A DNA stretch of 14,323 nucleotides from Saprospiraceae bacterium (GTDB lineage Bacteria; Bacteroidota; Bacteroidia; Chitinophagales; Saprospiraceae): contig JAHDCQ010000096.1 of assembly GCA_020629845.1 (NCBI GenBank), forward strand, positions 2,650 to 16,972. Direction: 5' to 3'. This document shows, in pieces, positions 7,990 through 14,323 of this stretch; position 1 is the first letter of the stretch, and the number at the start of each line of letters is the position of its first letter. The notes under the pieces are model-generated. The model was not told where the DNA came from. It searched no databases and worked only from the letters and a program-made list of their open reading frames with translations. The position numbers were made by a program, and so were the translations under genes.

Positions 7990-8595
7990 TTAATCCCAAA
8001 TGTTCCTTCCCCGCTCGCGTTCCAAAATGATAATATTCCCTCTATAAAAATGCTCTAACCGACCACTTTGCAATAAGCGAATTTTATTCCCTCTGCTATC
8101 TTCAAATATACCTGGAGCGGTAGAGTGATATGTACTCGTTCCACGTCTAGTACGAATACGTAAATTGACATTACGACTGTAAACATAAACGCTTTCATTC
8201 GTCATAGGATGATACCAACGCCCTTCCATGGCGCGTATCATAGCTCGGTGGTCATAGGGTCTTCGGCTACGGTCAAGTTCAGGCACGCGTTCTATATCAC
8301 GGCGAAAGAAACGCAGGTTTTTATTGCTGTAATAATCGCGCCAGATTAAGGTGTTTTCATCATCTATCAAGTAGCTGTTGCCATCTCTATCTGTGAAGCG
8401 TCTGGAGCTTTGTTGTTTGTAGTAATACCAGTCGCGGCTGTCGGTTCTTTTGGCTTTGAATCCGTCGGGAGTTACCCGTATTTCCAGGGTGATATTATGC
8501 TCATAATTATTCCAAAAACCTTCCAATAAAGGCGAAGCTGAAAGCGCGCTACTCATACCCACCACCAGCAATATCAACAAAAATCGAGTTTTCAT
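7990..8595 (-). CDS. Secreted, highly basic (Arg-rich) hypothetical protein of 201 aa made of two tandem copies of an unknown roughly 70-aa domain
   Basis: It has an N-terminal signal peptide (MKTRFLLILLVVGMSSALSA/SP). There is an internal duplication: EGFWNNYEHNITLEIR...FTDRDGNSYLIDDENTLIWRDYY against EGRWYHPMTNESVYVYSR...FEDSRGNKIRLLQSGRLEHFYRGN. A Bacteroidota-type -7 box (TAGGTTTG on the - strand, 8629-8636) lies 34 bp upstream, and the terminator lies downstream. I recognise no family. Confidence 0.7.
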   Translation of the reverse strand: MKTRFLLILLVVGMSSALSASPLLEGFWNNYEHNITLEIRVTPDGFKAKRTDSRDWYYYKQQSSRRFTDRDGNSYLIDDENTLIWRDYYSNKNLRFFRRDIERVPELDRSRRPYDHRAMIRAMEGRWYHPMTNESVYVYSRNVNLRIRTRRGTSTYHSTAPGIFEDSRGNKIRLLQSGRLEHFYRGNIIILERERGRNIWD

Positions 8596-8628
8596 AATAG
8601 TAGATTGATTGTTTTATAAATACCATTA

Positions 8629-8636
8629 CAAACCTA
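8629..8636 (-). promoter_or_regulatory. Candidate Bacteroidota sigma-A -7 element (TAGGTTTG, matching TAnnTTTG) for the gene at 7990-8595
   Basis: The + strand reads CAAACCTA, so the - strand reads TAGGTTTG, ending 34 nt upstream of the ATG at 8595. No clear -33 TTTG was found. Confidence 0.3.
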
Positions 8637-8695
8637 GTACAGACTTTTGTTAAATAGATTTATGTAAGCGTTAAGGCGTGGTTAAATTAAGCTTG

Positions 8696-8703
8696 TATTT
8701 TTG
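8696..8703 (+). promoter_or_regulatory. Candidate -7 element (TATTTTTG, matching TAnnTTTG) for the nfeD-flotillin operon
   Basis: There is an exact match to the TAnnTTTG consensus on the + strand, 168 nt upstream of the ATG at 8872, which would imply a long leader. No -33 TTTG is seen at the expected spacing. Confidence 0.25.
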
Positions 8704-8871
8704 CCACTAATAGATAATTCTTCCCCCTTTGTCGAAGAAAATATTGCATCTTACCATTTTTAACCATCTTGAGACCGCATTATAAAACAGGAATAATAGA
8801 GGCAGAATAAATAAGGCGTTTTACATAAAAAGTCGTTGTCTCAATGACCAACAAACCTTGATGAAAAGAAC

Positions 8872-9492
8872 ATGACAGAAAGCACAAACATAGCGCAATG
8901 GTGGGCAGACATGAGCTTCGCGGAGCATGTGTTCTGGGGCATTGCTATTATATTTAGTGTACTGTTTTTCTTCCAGTTTGTGCTAAGTCTTTTTGGACTA
9001 GATTTTGATGCCGATGCGGACATTGAAATTGGTGATATTGGTGGTGATGCGGATAGTGCAGGCGGTGGTTTCAGTGTAGATGCTGACTTCGCGCTCCTTT
9101 CTGTACGTAGTATCATTGCTTTTTTTACTTTTTTTGGCTGGACAGGAACGATTTCCCTAGGCAATGGCGCGACCCTTTTAGTCGCTCTATTGAGTGCTAC
9201 CGCAGCGGGTTTTGTAGCTATGTTAGTAGTAGCCTACATGCTTTTTTGGTTTGCGAAACTAGGACAAGCTGGAAATGTAGACATGAATGAAGCTCTCTTC
9301 AAAACAGGCGAGGTCTATTTGACCATTCCAGGCAATAAAGAAGGGCAAGGCAAAATCCATATTCAAGTAGGCAAATCTCTACGCGAAGTAGATGCCATTA
9401 CAGAACATCTCACCGCACTTCCCACAGGCTCTCGCGTCCGCGTAATAGAAGTAATTGAAGCCGACTTGATGCTCGTAGAGCCATTTACGTAG
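8872..9492 (+). CDS. NfeD/YqiJ-family membrane protein (partner of flotillin) with an N-terminal TM region, an acidic linker and a C-terminal OB-fold
   Basis: It has hydrophobic helices (FWGIAIIFSVLFFFQFVLSLFG; LLVALLSATAAGFVAMLVVAYMLFWF), an acidic low-complexity linker (DFDADADIEIGDIGGDADSAGGG) and a C-terminal beta-rich segment (GEVYLTIPGNKEGQGKIHIQVGKSLREVDAITEHLTALPTGSRVRVIEVIEADLMLVEP) typical of the NfeD OB-fold. It sits directly upstream of a flotillin gene, the conserved yqiJ-yqiK / nfeD2-floT arrangement. Confidence 0.85.
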   Translation: MTESTNIAQWWADMSFAEHVFWGIAIIFSVLFFFQFVLSLFGLDFDADADIEIGDIGGDADSAGGGFSVDADFALLSVRSIIAFFTFFGWTGTISLGNGATLLVALLSATAAGFVAMLVVAYMLFWFAKLGQAGNVDMNEALFKTGEVYLTIPGNKEGQGKIHIQVGKSLREVDAITEHLTALPTGSRVRVIEVIEADLMLVEPFT

Positions 9493-9528
9493 TTTCATAT
9501 AGATATTTCTCCAAGCAAAAATTACTTT

Positions 9529-9548
9529 CTTCATGTTATGGCATGAAG
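9529..9548 (+). other. Small inverted repeat/hairpin (CTTCATG-ttatgg-CATGAAG) in the nfeD-flotillin spacer
   Basis: A 7-bp perfect stem with a 6-nt loop and no following U-tract. It may be an mRNA processing or stability element, or a binding site. Confidence 0.3.
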
Positions 9549-9578
9549 CTGGATATATTTCCTGTATCTTAAAACACT

Positions 9579-11171
9579 ATGACTATGGGACTTTGGTTAT
9601 ATGTTGGAGCGGGCTTATTGCTCCTCATTTTCTTTATGATACTCTTCTTTATATCGCGCTATAAGCGATGCCCTTCCGATAAAATTTTGGTTATTTATGG
9701 ACGAACGAGTGGCGGCACATCGGCGCGTTGTATAGCGGGTGGAGCAGCTTTTGTTTGGCCAGTCATCCAGTCCTATGAATACTTGGATTTATCCCCGATT
9801 TCTATAGATGTGGACTTACGCAATGCCTTGAGTAAGCAAAACATTCGGGTGAATGTACCGTCGCGTTTTACGGTGGCGATTTCTAACAAAGAAGGTGCCA
9901 TGCTAAATGCAGCGGAACGCCTGCTAGGAAAGGCGCAACAGGAAATACGTGATATTGCAAAAGACATCATCTTTGGGCAATTACGCTTGGTAGTAGCGAC
10001 GATGGACATCGAGGAGATTAACTCAGATAGAGATAAATTTTTGTCCAATGTATCGCAAAATGTAGGCGCGGAATTACGCAAAATTGGTCTGGAACTCATC
10101 AACGTGAACGTGACCGATATTGAAGATGAGTCGGGCTATATTCAAGCATTAGGTAAGGAAGCCGCAGCCCAAGCCATCAATGAAGCAAAAGTACGCGTAG
10201 CCGAGCGCGAACGTACGGGTAATATTGGAGAAGCTGAAGCGAGAAAAGAACAACGCATACAAGTCTCTTTAGCGGAAGCCCAAGCGCAATCGGGGGAAGC
10301 CGAAGCAGCCCGCGAGCAACGCGTACAGATTGCTCAAGCCGAAGCCCAAGCTCAAGCAGGGGTAGCGGCGGCTTTGCAACAGCAACGCATACAAATAGCT
10401 GAAGCCGAGGCGCAAGCAAAAATCGGGGAAGCCAATGCCAAGCAAGCCGAGCGAATTAAAATGGCAGAAGCCAATGCCGCTGCCGTGAAAGGAGAGAATG
10501 AATCGAAGATGCTGATTGCCCAATCGGAGGCAGAGTTGCGCGAAAAAGAAGCTGAAGCCTTACGCATAGCAACGGCTGCTGAAAAAATCCAGAAAGCAAA
10601 AGCCTTAGAAGAAGCCTATGCCGCAGAACGAGCAGCCGAGGAAGCGCGTGCAGCCCGCGAAATGGCTACTAAGCAAGCCGATGTCATCGTACAAGCAGAA
10701 ATAGCGAAGCGCAAAGCCGAAATTGATGCGGAAGCCGAAGCCGAACAAATGCGTCGCTTAGCGAAAGGGGAAGCGGATGCTATCTTTATGAAGCAAGAAG
10801 CCGAAGCAAAGGGACAATTTGAGATATTGAGTCGGCAAGCGGAGGGTTTTAAGGAAATTGTGAAAGCTGCCAATGGCAATACCAACGATGCCGTGATGAT
10901 GCTCATCGCCGACAAGCTAGAAGTACTAGTAGAAAAGCAAGTGGAAGCGATTAAGAATATGAAGATTGATAAAGTCACGGTCTGGGAAAATGGCAATAAT
11001 GCCAATGGCGAAGGCAATTCGACTGCCAATTTCGTGTCGGGCTTATATAAGTCGGTGCCGCCTTTGAGCGACCTCTTCAATATGGCTGGTATGGATTTGC
11101 CAGAGTATATGGGTAAAAAACAACTCGATGAAGGTTCTTCTAATAAACAGGAACTAAATGACGATAAATAA
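9579..11171 (+). CDS. Flotillin-like SPFH/band-7 protein (YqiK/FloT family) with a C-terminal Glu/Ala-rich coiled-coil repeat region
   Basis: It has an N-terminal membrane anchor (MTMGLWLYVGAGLLLLIFFMILFFI) and an SPFH domain (ILVIYGRTSGG...VWPVIQSYEYLDLSPISIDVDL...RFTVAISNKEGAMLNAAERLLG...IIFGQLRLVVATMDIEEINSDRDKF). Four roughly 22-aa tandem repeats follow (EQRIQVSLAEAQAQSGEAEAAR / EQRVQIAQAEAQAQAGVAAALQ / QQRIQIAEAEAQAKIGEANAKQ / AERIKMAEANAAAVKGENESK), then an EA-rich coiled coil. An alternative start lies at 9585. Confidence 0.95.
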   Translation: MTMGLWLYVGAGLLLLIFFMILFFISRYKRCPSDKILVIYGRTSGGTSARCIAGGAAFVWPVIQSYEYLDLSPISIDVDLRNALSKQNIRVNVPSRFTVAISNKEGAMLNAAERLLGKAQQEIRDIAKDIIFGQLRLVVATMDIEEINSDRDKFLSNVSQNVGAELRKIGLELINVNVTDIEDESGYIQALGKEAAAQAINEAKVRVAERERTGNIGEAEARKEQRIQVSLAEAQAQSGEAEAAREQRVQIAQAEAQAQAGVAAALQQQRIQIAEAEAQAKIGEANAKQAERIKMAEANAAAVKGENESKMLIAQSEAELREKEAEALRIATAAEKIQKAKALEEAYAAERAAEEARAAREMATKQADVIVQAEIAKRKAEIDAEAEAEQMRRLAKGEADAIFMKQEAEAKGQFEILSRQAEGFKEIVKAANGNTNDAVMMLIADKLEVLVEKQVEAIKNMKIDKVTVWENGNNANGEGNSTANFVSGLYKSVPPLSDLFNMAGMDLPEYMGKKQLDEGSSNKQELNDDK

Positions 11172-11225
11172 GGGTTTATAAAGCACCATACGGCTTTTAT
11201 AGCCACTTAGGAGAACATCCGGTTG

Positions 11226-11254
11226 AGGTCTTGCTTTGGTGAGACCTTTTTTAT
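11226..11254 (+). terminator. Rho-independent terminator of the flotillin operon
   Basis: A stem AGGTCT / AGACCT (11226-11231 and 11242-11247) with a 10-nt loop, followed by TTTTTT (11247-11252). It overlaps the stop codon of the convergent - strand gene at 11251. Confidence 0.6.
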
Positions 11255-11844
11255 TCCCCCCAAGCGAAGGTCTCCAACATCCGCTTCAAATCCGCTTTCA
11301 CAAAATCATAGACAGGAGCTAAAGAATCAGGACGAGCTTGCGTATTAAAGTAGAGCGAAGCGCGTAGGAAATGCTGCGTACTATCCGTCACAAAAAACTG
11401 ATAAGGCGAAGCCGCTGCGCCTTCTATCTCGAAAGTATAGCCTTGCACGCCATTGGGGTATTGAAATGGAATTTCGTCAATATAATCAGCGCGCATATTG
11501 TGCTTGCCTGCGAGTTCAAAAGCATCGACGAGGAGCTTTTCAAAATCTTGCCGCGACTCGATAGGGTAGTAGGTGCAATGCAAGCGACTATCAAAATCCG
11601 ACATATACAAATCGAACCAGCAATCGTGCTTGGTATTGCCATCGAAGTACTGTTGGTCTTGCACGATTTCGGCATAGGTCGGGTACTCAAAGCTGAATTT
11701 GCAGTAGTCTTTATCGAATTGTTGGTAAGCGCGTTCAGGGTATTCTACCTTGGGGTAGGCGCGTGGTTTGGGCGTATAAGCAGGGGCTTCATTGCAAGAA
11801 ATGAATAGCAAAAGCAAGGCAAACAACGAAAAAAAGATTTTCAT
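11251..11844 (-). CDS. gldD: GldD-like gliding-motility lipoprotein (197 aa)
   Basis: A lipoprotein signal peptide with a lipobox (MKIFFSLFALLLLFIS/C). The motifs TPKPRAY near the N-terminus and QFFVTDSTQHFLRASLYF...DSLAPV...FAW near the C-terminus match my recollection of the GldD family (TIGR03512); that is recalled from memory, not searched. CDS existence is high confidence; the GldD identity is about 0.5. Confidence 0.8.
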   Translation of the reverse strand: MKIFFSLFALLLLFISCNEAPAYTPKPRAYPKVEYPERAYQQFDKDYCKFSFEYPTYAEIVQDQQYFDGNTKHDCWFDLYMSDFDSRLHCTYYPIESRQDFEKLLVDAFELAGKHNMRADYIDEIPFQYPNGVQGYTFEIEGAAASPYQFFVTDSTQHFLRASLYFNTQARPDSLAPVYDFVKADLKRMLETFAWGE

Positions 11845-11864
11845 AAAAAGAAGAGTGATGAGCT

Positions 11865-11903
11865 AAGTTATGAGTGATAAAATAACATTCATCACTCATA
11901 ACT
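11865..11903. repeat. Perfect 13-bp inverted repeat (AAGTTATGAGTGAT ... ATCACTCATAACT) with a 12-bp spacer, lying between the TPR gene and the gldD-like gene
   Basis: The left arm is at 11865-11878 and the right arm at 11891-11903, with partial outer extension (GAGTGATGAG / CTCATCGCT). On the - strand the stem is followed by ...CTTCTTTTT and then the ATG of the gldD-like gene. Confidence 0.8.
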
Positions 11904-11914
11904 CATCGCTAAAA

Positions 11915-13714
11915 TCAAATATTGTCCCCACGCAGAATACGATAGCGTTTCCGCGCTTCGACGGCAAAGGTACTGCCCGAAAAGTCAATAAAAAGAGTTT
12001 CGTAGAGTTCTTTTGCTTTTTCAATATCATTGAGGTGCGTGCTGTAGAGTTCCGCGAGTTCAAATAAGGCATTATCTGCCCGTATTTCATCAGGATGATT
12101 CTCTACTATCGTTTCCAAGAGCTTGGCAGTCGTCACATAATCGCGTTGTTGGCGATAGACTTGCGAACGGGAATACAGAATATCATCCTTCAAACCATGT
12201 TGTGGGTAGAAGCGATCTAAGCTATCCAATTTCTCAAACGCTTCCGTAAAGCGATTTTGGAAAATCAATAAATCCGCGGCTGCATACATCTCTAGTGGCA
12301 CAGTAGTCGTGTCCAAGCCCATATTATCCATAATGAAGACCGACATATCCAACGCATCATTCGCTATTAGCTTAGACGTAGAGGTTTTCAAGACATCAAA
12401 TTGCGCTTGCGCCCACTGGAAATCGCCCGCATAGTACGACAAACGCGCATTGCGATAACGTGCCTCATGTCCTAAGAGGTCGTCCTTAAATTCCTTATCC
12501 ACTTGTGAGTAGAGTAGGGTAGCTTCCCAACGTTCACCCTGCATCAAATAGAAATCAGCGAGGCGCAATTTGGCATTTGCCAGCACTTCCCGATTGTTAC
12601 CAGGAAACTCCACTAATTCTGCTAACAATTTAGTCGCTTTGTCCAAATCATTCATATAGAAAGCTTCCAATTCTGCATACTCTAGCATGATGGGCGCAGT
12701 CACTTTGGAGCGGCCAAATTCATCTAAGAAAGTATCATATTCAGTGCGTAGTTCTGCTAAATCTTCTTTGGTATAGTCAAAACCTTCTACCAATTTATTA
12801 CGCTGATTGCGGAGCAATTCCCGCTTAGCATCCAAGTAGAAAGTAGAGGTTTGTCCCTTTTGTTCCACAATATAGCTATAGGCATCTATCGCGGCATTGT
12901 AGTCCTTATCATTGGCAGCAATTTCTGCGAGTTGATAGACCCGTCCTCCATTTTCATTGAGCTTTTTATCCAAGGCGCGTACTTGGCGCAATGCCTTTCC
13001 ATACTCCTTTCGCTGAATGAATACCCACGACAGCATTTCAGGGAAGTGAATCGCGTCAGGCTCATCTTGGATGCGTTGGTAGAGTTGACTTTGTAGTTCT
13101 TTATAGCCTTCTTCGGGCAAATAGCGTTGCAGCATTGTTTGTATCGTATTGATGCGCGTCGGGTTTTGGTCAATGCTATTTAAATATTCGCCTATCATGT
13201 TTGGCACTTCGTTTTTGCGCCGATAGAGTTCTGCCAAATTATAGGCAAATAAATTGGAGTCTTTGAGCAAATCCTCGCCTTTGGTGTAGACCTCAATCGC
13301 TAAGTCATATTTCGTCTTTTGCGTGAAGGCGGAAGCCAATTTGGTGATATAAAATTTATCGCCCGCCAAGCGTTTGATAGCTTTTTGATATTCTACATCC
13401 GCTTCATCGTGCTTGAATTGCTTCTCTAGCACATTGCCATAGCTTACATAGAGCTGAATATCATTTGGCCGCTTTTTCATTTGCTTTTTGATGGAAGTCT
13501 CCGCAGTGCTGTAGTCTTCCAATTGCACTAAACAGTTGATGTAGCGATCGAAATAGTAGTCGTTGCGCTGATTTTGCTTAAAGAGCTTATCAAACAAAGC
13601 TGCTGCTTTCTCATATTCTCCATCCCGATAATATTGCTGTGCTAGGCGCGCATCCTGTGTAAACGCTAGTCCTCCAATGAGCAACAAACTTAGTGTGAAC
13701 AGTATTTTTTTCAT
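11915..13714 (-). CDS. Secreted tetratricopeptide-repeat (TPR) protein of 599 aa
   Basis: It has a signal peptide (MKKILFTLSLLLIGGLAFTQDA) and then helical-repeat sequence rich in TPR-like 34-residue units (YYRDGEYEKAAALFDKL; LQLYVSYGNVLEKQFKHDEADVEYQKAI; AYNLAELYRRKNEVPNMIGEY; and others) throughout. No catalytic motif was recognised. Confidence 0.9.
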   Translation of the reverse strand: MKKILFTLSLLLIGGLAFTQDARLAQQYYRDGEYEKAAALFDKLFKQNQRNDYYFDRYINCLVQLEDYSTAETSIKKQMKKRPNDIQLYVSYGNVLEKQFKHDEADVEYQKAIKRLAGDKFYITKLASAFTQKTKYDLAIEVYTKGEDLLKDSNLFAYNLAELYRRKNEVPNMIGEYLNSIDQNPTRINTIQTMLQRYLPEEGYKELQSQLYQRIQDEPDAIHFPEMLSWVFIQRKEYGKALRQVRALDKKLNENGGRVYQLAEIAANDKDYNAAIDAYSYIVEQKGQTSTFYLDAKRELLRNQRNKLVEGFDYTKEDLAELRTEYDTFLDEFGRSKVTAPIMLEYAELEAFYMNDLDKATKLLAELVEFPGNNREVLANAKLRLADFYLMQGERWEATLLYSQVDKEFKDDLLGHEARYRNARLSYYAGDFQWAQAQFDVLKTSTSKLIANDALDMSVFIMDNMGLDTTTVPLEMYAAADLLIFQNRFTEAFEKLDSLDRFYPQHGLKDDILYSRSQVYRQQRDYVTTAKLLETIVENHPDEIRADNALFELAELYSTHLNDIEKAKELYETLFIDFSGSTFAVEARKRYRILRGDNI

Positions 13715-14015
13715 GTCTTGTCGTATTGTTGTTGTGAGGCTTAGTTATGGTTTCTATAGTTCAGTTTATTAACGTTCCTATATTTCAAAAGTTGTTCTAC
13801 TCCAAACCCTAAAGATAATTTATTCTGTGTGATTTGCTTTTCTTGCAATGGGGCTGTTTGGTGAAAAAGTAATGGTTGTAATTAATTGATAATTAATAAT
13901 TTGTTTTTTTTGATTTGTTTTTTAGTGTGTTTTGTTGGGTGATTAAAACACTAAAATTCGCTTCATAATAAATCTTCAAAGTCAGGTTTACCAATAAAGC
14001 GTGCTTTGTTTTTTT

Positions 14016-14198
14016 CTACCAACCCAATTTCGCTGCTGTTGCCAATTTATTTACTTGCGCTTGGGTAATATTGCTCTGCATACTAAGTTCTACATAGCGA
14101 AAATAATTGAGCATAGCTTGTATTTCTTCTGCGCTTTTACTAAGCGGAAGTTTGATGATAATTGCTTCATTTGTGCGCTCTATGGATACATTTTGCAT
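14016..14198 (-). CDS. Doubtful small ORF (60 aa) of unknown function
   Basis: MQNVSIERTNEAIIIKLPLSKSAEEIQAMLNYFRYVELSMQSNITQAQVNKLATAAKLGW. The composition looks protein-like and the ORF is in the same orientation as the downstream TPR and gldD-like genes, with a palindrome about 100 bp upstream. It overlaps an equally long + strand ORF in an AT-rich region, so it may be spurious. Confidence 0.3.
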   Translation of the reverse strand: MQNVSIERTNEAIIIKLPLSKSAEEIQAMLNYFRYVELSMQSNITQAQVNKLATAAKLGW

Positions 14199-14298
14199 TT
14201 GTTCTATTTATGTCTTCAACAATTGTGAGGAAGAATAAGTTATTTTGTTTTGCATGCCATAAATACAGTGTAACGAAAGTTTTTTATAATTTTAAATC

Positions 14299-14318
14299 CA
14301 ATGGAATGTATTCCATTG
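14299..14318. repeat. Perfect palindrome CAATGGAAT-gt-ATTCCATTG (9-bp arms with a 2-bp spacer)
   Basis: Read directly near the window end. It lies about 100 bp upstream of the small - strand ORF and looks like a dimeric transcription-factor operator. Confidence 0.7.
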
Positions 14319-14323
14319 CTAGG

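Noticed and set aside
8841-9164. 107-aa - strand ORF overlapping the NfeD gene start
   Set aside because: It is antisense to the NfeD coding region and has a low-complexity Ser/Ala/Lys-rich product. The + strand gene has coherent TM plus OB-fold architecture.
10177-11206. Long - strand ORFs inside the flotillin gene (10177-10419, 10269-10523, 10352-10567, and 10616-11206 at 196 aa)
   Set aside because: They are antisense to a well-supported SPFH/EA-repeat coding region. Their low-complexity Ala/Ser/Leu/Cys-rich translations are typical artefacts of GC-rich repetitive codons (GAAGCC/GCGCAA) read backwards.
11371-11808. 145-aa + strand ORF
   Set aside because: It is entirely antisense to the lipoprotein gene at 11251-11844, which has a lipobox and GldD-like motifs. 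It has no signal or motif of its own.
12851-13173. Small ORFs on both strands inside the TPR gene (12851-13096 + and 12886-13173 -)
   Set aside because: They are embedded in and out of frame with a long, coherent TPR-repeat ORF carrying a signal peptide. They have no independent support.
14001-14228. 75-aa + strand ORF (MLCFFLPTQFRCCCQFIYLRLGN...) overlapping the 60-aa - strand ORF
   Set aside because: Its Cys/Phe-rich, low-complexity translation is typical of an AT-rich non-coding region. Of the two overlapping ORFs the - strand one is the more protein-like, but both may be spurious.

Overview
This 14.3 kb window looks like a chromosomal, cell-envelope and secretion neighbourhood from a Bacteroidota genome. 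Three things point to that phylum: a C-terminal 'gliding motility-associated / T9SS type B' sorting domain, a lipoprotein with a GldD-like motif, and AT-rich intergenic spacers with TAnnTTTG-type -7 promoter elements and no Shine-Dalgarno sequences. Coding density is high and there are eight credible genes. On the + strand: (1) 364-2904, a secreted PorE-like OmpA-family protein with four domain types (TPR, PD40 beta-propeller, two carboxypeptidase-regulatory-like beta-sandwich repeats, OmpA_C peptidoglycan-binding domain); (2) 3016-7929, a roughly 1640-aa T9SS type-B cargo/adhesin (signal peptide, Cys-rich N-terminal domain, about 5 PKD-like and about 9 Ig-like 'C-x-G...Y-x-W-S-P...TTxY' repeats, C-terminal sorting domain); (4) 8872-9492, an NfeD/YqiJ-like membrane protein; (5) 9579-11171, a flotillin/YqiK-like SPFH protein with 22-aa Glu/Ala-rich tandem repeats. 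On the - strand: (3) 7990-8595, a small, very basic secreted protein made of two tandem copies of an unknown roughly 70-aa domain; (6) 11251-11844, a GldD-like gliding-motility lipoprotein; (7) 11915-13714, a secreted 599-aa TPR protein; (8) 14016-14198, a doubtful 60-aa ORF. The non-coding features are the most unusual part. The spacer between the PorE-like gene and the adhesin is a heptad-periodic array of eight CAATTG-like units in two mutually inverted blocks followed by a T6 run, which could be a long terminator hairpin, a regulatory site, or both. There is a CATATCT heptamer microsatellite upstream of gene 1 whose 12-bp inverted copy lies about 220 bp away. There are also perfect palindromes at 11865-11903 and 14299-14318, and clean rho-independent terminators at 7932-7969 (bidirectional) and 11226-11254. 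I found no rRNA, tRNA, CRISPR array, transposase or integrase. I could not run BLAST or HMM searches, so every family assignment rests on motifs read directly from the translations.
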